35,631 bases of DNA from Octopus bimaculoides. Taxonomy: Eukaryota. The position numbers were made by a program, and so were the translations under genes. The DNA lies in contig NC_068983.1 in the NCBI RefSeq assembly GCF_001194135.2, forward strand, positions 153,016,694-153,052,324, in the 5' to 3' direction. Shown piece by piece: positions 14,209-25,837 of the stretch; positions within the stretch are counted from its first letter, which is position 1; every line of letters starts with the position of its first letter. The notes beneath the pieces were generated by a model that searched no databases, was not told the origin of the DNA, and was given only the letters and a program-made list of their open reading frames with translations.

Positions 14209-14284
14209 CTTATTTGGGCATCACCTACATCAATCTTACCATAGTGGTTAGGCCTAGGAGTTGGCGGGCTCTGACCGTCTTCTG
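14209..14284 (-). CDS. Candidate internal exon E (76 nt; alternative donor gives 14240-14284)
   Basis: GC-richer patch with acceptor tataccag|CAG and two consensus donors (ATG|gtaaga at 14240, AAG|gtaagt at 14209). Encodes EDGQSPPTPRPNHYGKIDVGDAQI; phase 1 to 2. Confidence 0.55.
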
Positions 14285-14844
14285 CTGGTATAATGATAAC
14301 ATTGACGCATATAATACAAAAAGGAGACTATAATCATATAGTGAAATATAACATGATGGTAGATACGACTTATTCTACATGATTATTATCCATCAGATTT
14401 AAATAACACAGGAACCTCACAGAAAAAGAAATACTTGAAAACTAGCTATAATTACCAGGAACGATCTTATTTTTAATGACCACATGCGGTGACACGGTTC
14501 GTCAGAGACCTTTAGACGAAAGAGGTAGCGACTGAACTCAATCAGCAGGAAGCAACAGTTGGTCATTGATTAGACACCGCTACAAACGACCCAGTCTGAA
14601 TTAACAACCAGGCAAAGCAAATCTAAACTGCCTTACTTTAGATAGCATCTTTGTTACAACGCTTTCATTATTTCAAGGGAACTAAAATTTCTCTAACACT
14701 AAACTATAGCAGTGTTTAGTTAGGTGATTATTATGGAGAAAACTAAAACATTTTAGACAAGTAAGACTAGTAACAAATGTATTTAATAATTACTATGATA
14801 AGGACCAACGCAACCACAAACCGACCGGCACTTACGTAAATTGC

Positions 14845-14846
<2 letters not shown>

Positions 14847-14894
<48 letters not shown>
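14847..14894. repeat. (CA)24
   Basis: Directly visible. Confidence 0.95.
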
Positions 14895-14895
<1 letters not shown>

Positions 14896-15529
14896 GTGTA
14901 TTTATATATTTACATACATATATTTATATACACACACACATGCATATATATATATATAAATATATATATACATATATATCATGTATATGTGTGTATGTGT
15001 ATGTGCGCACGCGCATATGTAGTTGAGCATATGTTTGTGGGGTTCGAGTGTGTCTACGTGTGTTTGTGTATGATTGTGTATTTCATCTAATGAAAAATAA
15101 CTAGATACTAGTCAGTTAATAATGAGTTGTACTTATTGATCAATACAATAATTATCTTTACATAAATAATTGAAATAAAAAATAAAATACTTCAGACAAA
15201 GCAAAAACACCACAAGCATCAACAAACGCTAAATAACACCAGAAATTGCTAAAAACAGCTTTTAAAGAGAATAATAATTTATTTAGAAGCAATCACAACA
15301 ATATAAGAGAGATATAGGTAATTTCTAATTTTTCTGTACGACGTTTATATGCACTTGACTAGCTTAAATAAATTAATTTCAACGAATATTTAATAAGTGT
15401 TAACATAATTAATGCTATTAATAGTCGTCGTCCTATCTACTCAGTAAATAATTGAATATATAATTTCAAGAAAATATAAGCTAAGGCAGGGGTAGTGGGC
15501 AAAGTAGTAGAAAATGTTTCCTTCTACCT

Positions 15530-15820
15530 TCATTCTTATATTTGTTTCAGTCATTTGACTGCGGCCATGCTGGAGCACTGCCTTTAGATTATGGCAACTT
15601 AAACACACCAGCATCGGTTGTCGAGCGATGGTGGCGGAACAGCCGCACAAACATATACACACACACATGCATACATATATATATACACGACGAGCTCCTT
15701 TCTGTTTCCATCTACCAAATCCACTCACAAGGCTTTAATCGGCCCGAGGCTATATTAGAAGACACATGCCCAAGTGTCCACGCAGTCGGACTGAACCCGG
15801 AACCATGTGGTAGGTGAACT
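15530..15820 (-). mobile_element. SINE family A copy (tRNA head, CORE-like region, microsatellite linker, 3' tail), internally deleted
   Basis: Reverse complement matches the copies at 22300 and 31021 (ccacatggttccgggttcagtcc..., gtggatttggtagatggaaac, ...ggccgcagtcaaatgactgaaacaa). Confidence 0.85.
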
Positions 15821-16119
15821 TTTTTATATCCTTCTATGTTCGATATATAATATAACGAAGCAGGGAGGAAGGAAGTTTATACATGATGCACTACTATTAA
15901 TATTACAGGAGACTCAACGCTCGTAATCACGGCATACAATGAACTTTTTATCAACCCAAACAGCCAATCACTCACAGTTCTTTACTTTATAATAATGAGC
16001 CAGTCCACCTTTTGTCACTCGGTAGGTGATCAGAATCCTTCCACATCAAAGTTGCCATTGGGTGTGGATTGTCAGTTATTCCGAACAAGTTTCTCTTTAA
16101 GATAAAACAGACAAGGTGA

Positions 16120-16330
16120 AAGGAAAGGCATTAGAATTTTAGGCATTTCATGTTTGAAAGAAAACCAGTAATGGAAGGGGGATTCAGAACATCGTAAGCT
16201 CAGAAACGTAGGTAGGACATAGTTCGGGAAGAGAAACTCGGTAAGAGATGGTCAAATAAGAGAAATAAAAACTGGAAGAGAAACTAACGATGATGACGTA
16301 AATTCACTGGTGATGTAAGTAAGGATAAAG
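16120..16330 (-). mobile_element. Possible CR1/L2-like LINE 3' end remnant
   Basis: Fragments such as YRVSLPELCPTY and SFSSRT loosely recall the VSLP...SFFPRT..LWNSLP C-terminus of CR1/L2 ORF2. Weak. Confidence 0.2.
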
Positions 16331-16713
16331 AGGTAGGAGGTAAAACGTATATCCGTATACGCACTGGGAAGAGCATTCGGTTAAAATGAAAATGTGTACA
16401 TAGTTTTTTAATGTATATACAAATTCAAATGGCTCTGGATACAAAATTTAGTTTGCAGAAATTCTCTTCAGAGGCTTTCTGTGTTTCTTCTTTAAAACAG
16501 GGTATAATATTTGGATATGTTTCAATGTAGAGATTAAGTAAGTTCGAAACTTTAGTAGGCTGGTTATTGATAGCGCAATGTACAGAGCGCAAAGTGCATT
16601 AGAACATGACTGATAAAGCTAGTATGATGACATATATATGTGCCAGACTAGTCTAATCTTACTCATCTACATCAATATAGTCGACACTACAAATTTGCTC
16701 CTCTCTATTTTAC

Positions 16714-16892
16714 TATTTATGTAAAGACGACCAATGTCCTTCCTTCTAAACATTGAAGGAACCGTCATAGATCCTTTAGTAAATACTTTTATACTTATGG
16801 CCATATTGAATTCATTATTCGGATCTTTTTGCTTATATATATATTTTTGAAATGCCTTCGAAAATCGATTAAGAGTGCTCATATTTTGCAAT
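16714..16892 (-). CDS. Candidate internal exon D (179 nt; donor uncertain)
   Basis: Acceptor gccattttttccatag. The only open frame is LQNMSTLNRFSKAFQKYIYKQKDPNNEFNMAISIKVFTKGSMTVPSMFRRKDIGRLYIN (ORF 16667..16963). The donor A|gtaaaa is weak. Confidence 0.4.
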
Positions 16893-17884
16893 CTATGGAA
16901 AAAATGGCAAATTTGCCCTTTTTCTATAGCTACTGCGGACGTTACATGTACTATATTTTGCAACGTTACGGACTGAGGTCCCAGTCGACTCCCTGCTGGT
17001 ATTAAATTAGGTGTTAAACACTTTCAGTATGCAAATTAATAGTTCCGGTTTTATGAAGCTACTAGATTTGTTGAGTATATAAACAGATTGCCTGCTTGGT
17101 TTTTTTTCCTAGAATTTGAAAACTGATAAAGACACCAGTGATGAGTAAACCTCATATCGCTTAAGATTTTACATCTTTTTTTCCCCAGTCTACGGAGAAA
17201 ATGGCTACATTTGCCCTCTTTATATATCTACTGCATGGGTTATATATTAATAAGCATACATATGTACGTTGACACGTATGTATGCTTGTTTGTTTGTGTG
17301 TGTGTGTGTGTGTGTAAATATATATATGTATGTGATGCATTCGTGTTCCTATGCGTTTACGTGAGTATGCCTGCATGTATCAATGTATTCATTGATGTTT
17401 ATATCGGCAGGGAAATCACATCAATCATTCCGATCTATGTAAGTCAAACACATTAGCTTGTCACTAACATTACTTAACTGGTTTAATTCTTATTCTTTTA
17501 TAATCGTTTCTTTTTAATGCTACTTTGGATGTTAAACTTATGTTATTTTGTTACCATTTATATGTCAGAAATTAGATTTCTTTCTGATATTCACATGCAT
17601 GCATTGTTAATAAAGTACATTTGACTCGTACAGTACTTATAATATTTTTACTTGGTTTACTGGCTTTTTTAATTGTGATTTTTATGAGTGCTGTTCTTAT
17701 ACCTTCGTTCTTATTAATATTTTCCGTGTCTTGCTATCTCTCTTCCAAATTTTCTTCATCATTGCTATCATATCTCCAGCTCCACCTTTCCATCCTGCCA
17801 TCGTAACTTCTATCTCCTAATCCCCTTCAGCATATTCATTTTTATGTGTTTGATGTTCTCTTCATTATTGTTCTTACTGTTTCT

Positions 17885-18150
17885 GCCTCCTTCTTATCCT
17901 CCTCCTAATCCTCCCCTCCCCTCTTTCCTTCTCCTCCTCCTTCTTGTTCTTGTTCTTGTTCTTCTTGTTCTTGTTCTTGTTCTTGTTCTTGTTCTTCTTC
18001 CTCTTCTTCTTGTTCTTGTTCTTCTTGTTCTTCTTCTTCTTCTTCTTCTTCTTCTTCTTCTTCTTCTTCTTCTTCTTCTTCTTCTTCTTCTTCTTCTTCT
18101 TCTTCTTCTTCTTCTTCTTCTTCTTCTTCTCCTTCTTCTTCTCCTCCTCC
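17885..18150. repeat. Pyrimidine-rich tract (CCT)n-(CTTGTT)n-(CTT)n
   Basis: Pure TTC run at 18028-18130 (about 34 units). Confidence 0.95.
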
Positions 18151-19661
18151 GTCGGCACTTTTTAACTATCTTCTTTTATCTTTACGCATGACACCTAATC
18201 ACCTTAAGAACAAACTCACTTCTAAACATATTTACACCCCCTACTAACTTCTTAACATGTCTGTTTGCGTTTATAATTAATGATATATGTGAGAAAGTTA
18301 AAACAAGACAAAAATAACGATAAAGCGTAGTCTTTAATACACGACGTGAAATTTTCACAGATGCATATAGTTACACTTTACAACAGGCAATATTATTCAT
18401 ACACAGAATAAACCCCTATATAGAACGTTCAATTTTATTTATACACTGTATAATATGTTCATTACAACTTTATAGGGGCTTGCATGTGGCAAACATTTGT
18501 CGTGTCTTGTGTTGCTATGTTCGTTCATTCATATTTGTGGAGAATAAAATATTCTTTTCTGGGGTTGCATGTAAAATTATTAATAGCATTTAGGAACCAG
18601 TAACAGAATCTTTATTTATTGTACATAGTATTTTTTTCGTTTGGGTATTTGGATGGAAATAAAAAGCAACAATTTCTACACACCAGAAGAGATATACTAC
18701 AGGAGTCTACGATAAAATAGCTGGTACGTATGACTCTGTGATTAGCTTGTCACAACTGTGAAAATAATCACATTAAATCCATGATGTCAAAATCTGTACT
18801 TGTCATTTACTCGGCCTGTTAACGGAAAATGAGAATGGAGTCGTAACAATAACTGCCTCTACATTCTGAACTTATCACCAAAAATCCACCAAAGGTTCAT
18901 TAGAGGATTCTAGAAAGTTGATTCACGTGATGGCTTTACGCTGGTTGGTCGGTTAATCGGCTGATCACATGAAATGACAGTAATCTCAACGTGGCACCCG
19001 CACGGCTGTATAGCAGTTCGGTTTCGAATCTGCTACATATTCGGTATATCATCTGCACAAGGAAGTTCACCAAATGACTAAAATATTCCGCATTTGATAA
19101 TTCACTTTCCAATCGGCTGTTAATCTCTCTCTCTCAAAGTTTATGTTTCATCCTCATTGATTGAAATATATTCCCTCGTTAGGTACCCTCCCCGCTCATT
19201 TAGAGCCTATTTTATGTTGTCACTCTCCTAGAAATAGAAATAAATTCTCTCTCAACCCTCACATCATACAATTATAAAGGTGACTGTCACATTGGTGATT
19301 ATAATTCTTCATGCGTTTTTATTTTTCTGAAAACAGGATTTAGTAAGTATTGGGAAGCTTTTCAACACATTATATTTTGAAAACTGATCTGAAACAAAAG
19401 TAAAGTGATTAACACGTTGAAAAAATTTGCTAAGAAGAGCTGTGATACCTTTCTTCGGTTATGTCAACTCAAAGTGATGCGCAACTGAAACAAGTTCCTT
19501 GCCTAATTATTCATCCGATCAATAAAGGGTGATCATTTAAATATGATGCACATCATCAGAATTTAATGAATATTGTGTCAACATTAACTCATGATATTTG
19601 GCAATCAAAACACAAGAAGGGCTGAGCGAAAATAAGAACAGCATCATCGTTGGCTACATAC

Positions 19662-19720
19662 GTTGCAAATTGCACGATGTACCAACCATCAAAGGACCCT
19701 CTAAGTCGCCCATTGATTTC
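19662..19720 (-). CDS. Candidate internal exon C (59 nt)
   Basis: gtatttttag|GAAATC...GCAAC|gtatgt. The phase-0 frame gives EINGRLRGSFDGWYIVQFA and ends in phase 2. A second frame (KSMGDLEGPLMVGTSCNLQ) is also open. Confidence 0.5.
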
Positions 19721-20827
19721 CTAAAAATACCACTTAACATTCCTTGAAACCACACTACACTATAACAAAAGTACATTATGAAGAATGACATATTGAATGT
19801 TGTCTTACATCCACTGTAACTAAACAATACAAAAAAATAAGATGTGGTGATCATGTCCAACAAGTCTTATGGTCTAAGCTTTGCTTTCTCAGTGTCACAT
19901 ACGACTAAAGGAGGATAGTAGTGACAACTATATGTGGCAATGAATAAATGATGCTTTCCAGAATTTTTGAGACTTTTTCAGGATAAGTATAAAATTCTAA
20001 TTTCCTCCGAAGTAGGTTCCTCCAACTTTAATGTGTGTCTTTGTTTTAGGTTTATGACAACTTTATTGTTTTCACATAAAACATTAGCCAAATGCAAAAA
20101 AACAAAAAAGAAACAGTAATTAAAGAAAATTTTGAGTTGTGCAGAACCTTCAAAGTTTACTACTACCACAAACTTGTTTCGATCAAAATCTTCGGAATCT
20201 TAATATTTGCACGGTATCTGAGTGGATTGTACTGAAAATTAAGGGAGTACATTCTGGTGCAGATTGCCACGCTGATTGTTAAAATTGATTAAATTAAACG
20301 GAGGAGAAACACATTTTAAGTATTGAGCCACTTAGATAAAAAATCATTAAGATGTTATTTCTGTAGACAGAACAATTGGATCACTGATCGTCGAAACGGA
20401 TATGATATCCATTTGCTTTTACCAATAATCCGATTTCCTTCATTTTATATATACAAGTTCCATTCGTCATTTTTGTCCTGTTATATATATTTCTAAACAC
20501 GCTGTAGACTTTGTGGATATATGCAATTAACTATCTTTTTTCCAAAGAAAATACGAAAAATAAGACAAAATAAAGAAATATTTCAAACAGGGTAGTGTTT
20601 CTACAATAAAGCTCAAAGAAACCTGTTGAATTTATTGATTTATATCTTCAAAGAAATATTTCTAATTCAGTTAAACCCATATATTCACATATACACACAA
20701 TGTGTATGTACGTATGAGGAGTTGTAGATGTAAGCATGTATATGTGTGTGTGTACATACATGTGTGTATTGTGTATACATATAAAGTTCCAGCACACAGA
20801 TACATACACACAGACACAGACACACAC

Positions 20828-20864
<37 letters not shown>

Positions 20865-20987
20865 NNNNNNNNNNNNNNNNNNNNNNNNNNNNNNNNNNNN
20901 NNNNNNNNNNNNNNNNNNNNNNNNNNNNNNNNACATATATAATATGAGTAGCTATATATACCTCCATAACACATACATAAATAAGCC

Positions 20988-21022
<35 letters not shown>

Positions 21023-21587
21023 AATATGATGTATGTTTATATGCCTCGTTTTATCTATCTCTTACATCGATTTGCAATTTTTCATCACAAATATATATCC
21101 GTCCTTATCAGCGCATGTGTAAGTGCGAGTAAATGCTTTTTGTATATTTGTCCCCCGTATGTGAGTGTATGTAGTTGTGTGTGGGTATTTAACTATGCTT
21201 GCAAGAATGTTTTAGTAAATGTGTTATTTTGTTTCTTGAAGTAATCTTTTGTTTATCACCTTTCTCTATTTCCGTTTTTCCAACCAAGGAAGCGAAAGTT
21301 TTTGTGTGATGTTTGTTTGCTCTTTACGTTAGGCAACATATAACAGCCAATAAACAAATAAATTCAGTTATTGATATAGGTTATCTGTTATTAATATTTC
21401 TTGTCTTTAAACTTAGACACACATATTAAGAAGCACATAAATATACTTATATGAAGAAGTAAATATGTTATTTACTAAACAAAGACGTGTAAATATTTAT
21501 ATACATTCTCATACATATTTACATACACATGCATCATGTACGAATATATATTCCTTACACATATTACTTTCACTAACTCTACTCTGT

Positions 21588-21636
<49 letters not shown>

Positions 21637-22299
21637 NNNNNNNNNNNNNNNNNNNNNNNNNNNNNNNNNNNNNNNNNNNNNNNNNNNNNNNNNNNNNNNN
21701 NNNNNNNNNNNNNNNNNNNNNNNNNNNNNNNNNNNNNNNNNNNNNNNNNNNNNNNNNNNNNNNNNNNNNNNNNNNNNNNNNNNNNNNNNNNNNNNNNNNN
21801 NNNNNNNNNNNNNNNNNNNNNNNNNNNNNNNNNNNNNNNNNNNNNNNNNNNNNNNNNNNNNNNNNNNNNNNNNNNNNNNNNNNNNNNNNNNNNNNNNNNN
21901 NNNNNNNNNNNNNNNNNNNNNNNNNNNNNNNNNNNNNNNNNNNNNNNNNNNNNNNNNNNNNNNNNNNNNNNNNNNNNNNNNNNNNNNNNNNNNNNNNNNN
22001 NNNNNNNNNNNNNNNNNNNNNNNNNNNNNNNNNNNNNNNNNNNNNNNNNNNNNNNNNNNNNNNNNNNNNNNNNNNNNNNNNNNNNNNNNNNNNNNNNNNN
22101 NNNNNNNNNNNNNNNNNNNNNNNNNNNNNNNNNNNNNNNNNNNNNNNNNNNNNNNNNNNNNNNNNNNNNNNNNNNNNNNNNNNNNNNNNNNNNNNNNNNC
22201 AAAGGAAAGTTTTTTAACGTGATCTACTCATAAATCAAGTTTACTGCTAAATGTTTACATTAAACTACGGTAATTTCGCATGCTTTCTGTAAACATATA

Positions 22300-22446
22300 G
22301 GCGCAGGAGTGGCTGTGTGGTAAGTAGCTTGCTTACTAACCACATGGTTTCGGGTTTATTCCCACTGCGTGACACCTTGGGCAAGTGTCTTCTACTATAG
22401 CCTTGGGGCGACCAAAACCTTCTGAGTGGATTTGGTACACAGAAAC
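22300..22446 (+). mobile_element. SINE family A, 5' portion
   Basis: A box tggctgtgtgg and degenerate B box gggtttattccc, then accttgggcaagt, which resembles the CORE/MIR domain; similar to octopus OR-type SINEs as recalled. Confidence 0.85.
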
Positions 22447-22969
22447 GCCGGTGTTAAAACGGGGGTAGCTGATGAAGTAGAATGTTCTCTATGTGGCTTG
22501 TGTGTCTTCACGTCTACGTTTTGTTTGCAATGTCCTGTACCCAGATATGCACCTATACATACAGGTGGATGTCGGTATGCACATACCTGTACGTATATAT
22601 GCATATACTCATTTGTAAGTAATTTTCGTAACTTTATATTTTCCGACGCTACTCTATCTCTTTCTCTTTCTCTTCCTCTATCATTTCCCCCTCTATCATT
22701 AAAATGATAGATATATATTCTCTATAACTCGGGCACATTTACGTTGCGTGTGAAATGTCTTTTTCCTGTTTCGGGATAATTGTCTATTAATTGACTGCTT
22801 TAAATCACAGCTGTCTTAATGAATTCATCTTTATTGATTATATTATAAATTTGCTATGGCAATAAAATCAAAAGTGAACTGCGCTAGCTACTTATAATTT
22901 GTCTTCAAACGTGATATGTCTCTTCATCAGTTGCATCCATGACATATCACTTTCGATAACAACACTTAC

Positions 22970-23123
22970 CTTTTGTAAAGAAGGAGGAAATTTTACATAA
23001 TCAGTCGTTAAAGTTGTGAGACGAGTCAAACACTCATTACATAACAGAGGCACGATGAATAAAGCAGTGTCTAATATGCAAAAATATGTTATGATCATGT
23101 ATGAACCGCATTTATTCATACAT
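22970..23123 (-). CDS. Candidate internal exon B (154 nt)
   Basis: Strong acceptor tttctcttgcag and consensus donor AAG|gtaagt. The single open frame encodes CMNKCGSYMIITYFCILDTALFIVPLLCNECLTRLTTLTTDYVKFPPSLQK (inside ORF 22892..23206); phase 2 to 0. Confidence 0.6.
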
Positions 23124-23399
23124 CTGCAAGAGAAACCACAATAAAACCAGCATCCATTAAAAACGCCTTTAAAACAATTTCTCAAACCAACGTCCGTCAC
23201 GTTCATGGTTCGACCGTTACGTAATCTGCATTTCTTGGTTATATGTTTTTACAGTTATACTTATCTTAGGCGTTCAAATCATGCGGCTTTGACATTGATG
23301 TATTGCAACAAACATGTAGAGTTTAGTTGGAAGCATCAATAAGTTATTTGTTATATAAGTTTTGCCACAAAGCCAGCCCTTTGTGTGGTGGTGGTGGTG

Positions 23400-23515
23400 G
23401 TAGAGAGTTCATTACATTGACCTCAAAAGAATGAAAAGCAAACTCGACTCCGGTGGCATTTGAATTCAGAACGTAAATTCGGAGTACATGCCACAGCACG
23501 CTGCCTTAAAATATT
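23400..23515 (-). mobile_element. SINE family B, short copy
   Basis: aaaagaatgaaaagcaaactcgactccggtggcatttgaattcagaacgtaaa...ctgcctt. Confidence 0.7.
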
Positions 23516-23559
23516 AAACTAATATTGATTTTACATTTCGACAGAAGGCCAGCATCTTC

Positions 23560-23745
23560 GGAGAAGCGTTTATGTCGATTACATCGACCCTAGTGTTCAA
23601 TTGGTGATTATTTTATCAGCCCCGGAAGGATGAGAGGCAAATTCGACCTCAGTGGTATTTGAACTCACAAGGAAAGGACGGACGATATACCGCTATGCAA
23701 TTTGCTAGGCATGCTAACGATTCTGCTGGTTCACTGCGTTAAAAT
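23560..23745 (-). mobile_element. SINE family B copy
   Basis: gtcgattacatcgaccc...attttatc...ggatgagaggcaaattcgacctc...tttgaactca...gctaacgattctgc. Confidence 0.8.
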
Positions 23746-23821
23746 ATAGGACTAATGTTACTAAAATTAATTCATTCTCCCATTAGCACATGATCATGGT
23801 TCTTTGCAAAGGGAATGCTTA

Positions 23822-23930
23822 CGTTCGGGTTCGATAAAATAAAAACCCGTCAAGCACTGAGATCTATGTAATCGACCTACCCCCTACCCATTAATTGCTA
23901 ACCTTCTGCCAAAGTTTGAAGCCAATATTT
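23822..23930 (+). mobile_element. SINE family B, 3' half, inverted relative to its neighbours
   Basis: cgataaaataaaaacccgtcaagcactgagatctatgtaatcgacc is the reverse complement of the block at 23574-23620. Confidence 0.7.
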
Positions 23931-24069
23931 CGATGCAGATAGAGACGAGATGATATGAACTGCTTTTGAGTTGTTGGACATCTGTGAGTTCATGCAGACA
24001 ATTTAATCCATTCTGTTATATGAACCACGCGATTAACACTTTAAAAAAAAAAATTGCCTACACGGTCAG

Positions 24070-24243
24070 CAATTTTAGAGCGAGGATTAAGTCATTTCCA
24101 TCGAATCTCAATACTTAGTTTTATCGACTCCAAAAGGATGGAAAAGCTCAGCGGGTTTTGAACTCAGAACCTAATGTATCAGCATAAATGTGCGAAGCAT
24201 TTTCTCCGACACGCTAACGAGATTTTTTGCTAGCTCACCACTT
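24070..24243 (-). mobile_element. SINE family B copy
   Basis: ttttatcgactccaaaaggatggaaa...tttgaactcagaac...aagcatttctccgacacgctaacga...gctagctcacc. Confidence 0.75.
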
Positions 24244-24425
24244 TCAACGCAGTGGTTAATGTATCGATATCGGAACGAAAGCGAGATTGCAAACTGTCAA
24301 GATTTGAACTCAGATACTAGGAAGATGAAATTACATACTTTTAATGAGTTAATCCGGCGAGAAACTGTCTGGCTGTTTCTACAGTGTTTCTGTATATGAT
24401 ATCCACTGGTAGGTAGCTTATTTAC

Positions 24426-24467
24426 CTTTCTGTATTCCTGATGAGACATTCAGCTTCTATTGTATTA
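24426..24467 (-). CDS. Candidate internal exon A (42 nt) of an unassigned multi-exon gene
   Basis: Minus strand atttatag|T AAT ACA ATA GAA GCT GAA TGT CTC ATC AGG AAT ACA GAA AG|gtaaat. Only one open frame (NTIEAECLIRNTE); ends in phase 2, matching exon B. Confidence 0.35.
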
Positions 24468-25695
24468 CTATAAATATTTCAAAAGTCGTGGCAGATGAAT
24501 ATGAAAACATCGAAATAAGTCGTCAAATGAAATAAAAATAAACAAATAAAATAAAATAAAGGAAAAATACTTCACAAACAACAAAAATCAATTAGAGTTC
24601 GGGTTCATCTAGTTGATAAATCTCATTTATTTCATGTGGTATGAATGGTAATGTAATATGTTTTACCTTGAAATATTCAATCCACTTTTTGTATCACATC
24701 AAAGAGGAATTTGTAATCTAAAACTTTTTTTTTATCTGTTGAAGACATAGTGTTATATAAGCGTATATGAACAGGTTTAAATAGTTTCACGTAGGAAAAG
24801 TGACTACGTGTAATACAGGAAAGTAATATACTTGCCATTTGTTTCACTACTTCAAATAAGACTTTGCAAATATTTGGATTGCATCAAACTCTTCAGTACA
24901 CTATAAGTGTTAAAAACTCATTTTGACTGTAGAAAACGAATAACCAAATTAATATTTGCGTTTCTCTCCAACGATATTCTTCACATTTGGTAGGATATGA
25001 TGAAAAAATGTTTAATTTCTACACATTCTGTGTCAAATGTAATTTAAATGTGAGGTGCATTAAACATGTCTAAAACGAGAGAATATTGGCTGAAAGCAGA
25101 AATTTGTATGGTTCAGAGTACATTCTGTATGTATTTCCGAATAAATGAACCTTGTGAGACAATTTATACATCAGATATATCATTATATGAAGGTTGACAA
25201 TGCCCTTCAGTAAGGCACAAAAGGAAAACGCTTGCTACACTAATCAGTTGTTTTATTTTATTCGCTATACGAATTCAGTGAGACGAAATATTGAAACTGA
25301 GGAAGATGTTTTAATGAAAATAGAAAATGTTACTAGCACTTTACACGATGTGTTATGGAGTCATTTTTGCTCATTCTCTCAAGAAATGATTCTGAATTTG
25401 TCAGCTATATCAAATAAGGTTTATTTTCAAGGATATTCATAGAAAATTTAATGGCTCGTGTGTTATCTAGGTAGTAGAAATATGCATGTATTCTTTTTTA
25501 TTTAAGTTCGTATTATTACGAAGCTCACAATTTAGAGCAAATTCGATAAATAACAGGTAATAATAAGACAACATATATATATTACTACTGCAGTAACAAT
25601 ATATTTTTGTAGTATGCTGAGGTCATTCATACGCAGTGTTGTAAAATCTTCCATAGAATTAAGATTTACATAAATCTCATCTAGAATTAGGTGAA

Positions 25696-25756
<61 letters not shown>
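25696..25756. repeat. (TAG)n, about 20 units
   Basis: Directly visible. Confidence 0.95.
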
Positions 25757-25757
<1 letters not shown>

Positions 25758-25837
25758 AGGGGAGCATGTGTTGTAACTGCGCATCGCTGCATCTACCGTT
25801 TGTTGGTGATTTCCTATTCCTGGTGATGGGGGTTTCC

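Noticed and set aside
10810-18723. Plus-strand micro-exon candidates (about 10810-10862 and 18687-18723) with good donors
   Set aside because: They do not form a coherent chain, and such sites are expected by chance at this length.
20166-20231. Minus-strand YNPLRYRANIKIPK resembling GPCR intracellular loop 2
   Set aside because: Weak donor, an in-frame stop follows, and there are no matching TM3/DRY exons.
8342-23224. Three TTACGTAA PAR-bZIP palindromes (8342, 14832, 23217)
   Set aside because: The count is close to chance for AT-rich DNA of this length, and they are not clustered.
24667-24717. Exon-like 51-mer with AG and AAG|gtaaaa on the minus strand
   Set aside because: Stops in all three frames; a UTR or poison exon cannot be excluded but is unsupported.
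25633-25680. Candidate 48-nt exon DEIYVNLNSMEDFTTL next to the TAG repeat
   Set aside because: Phase 1-1 does not join exon A, and the donor is only moderate.
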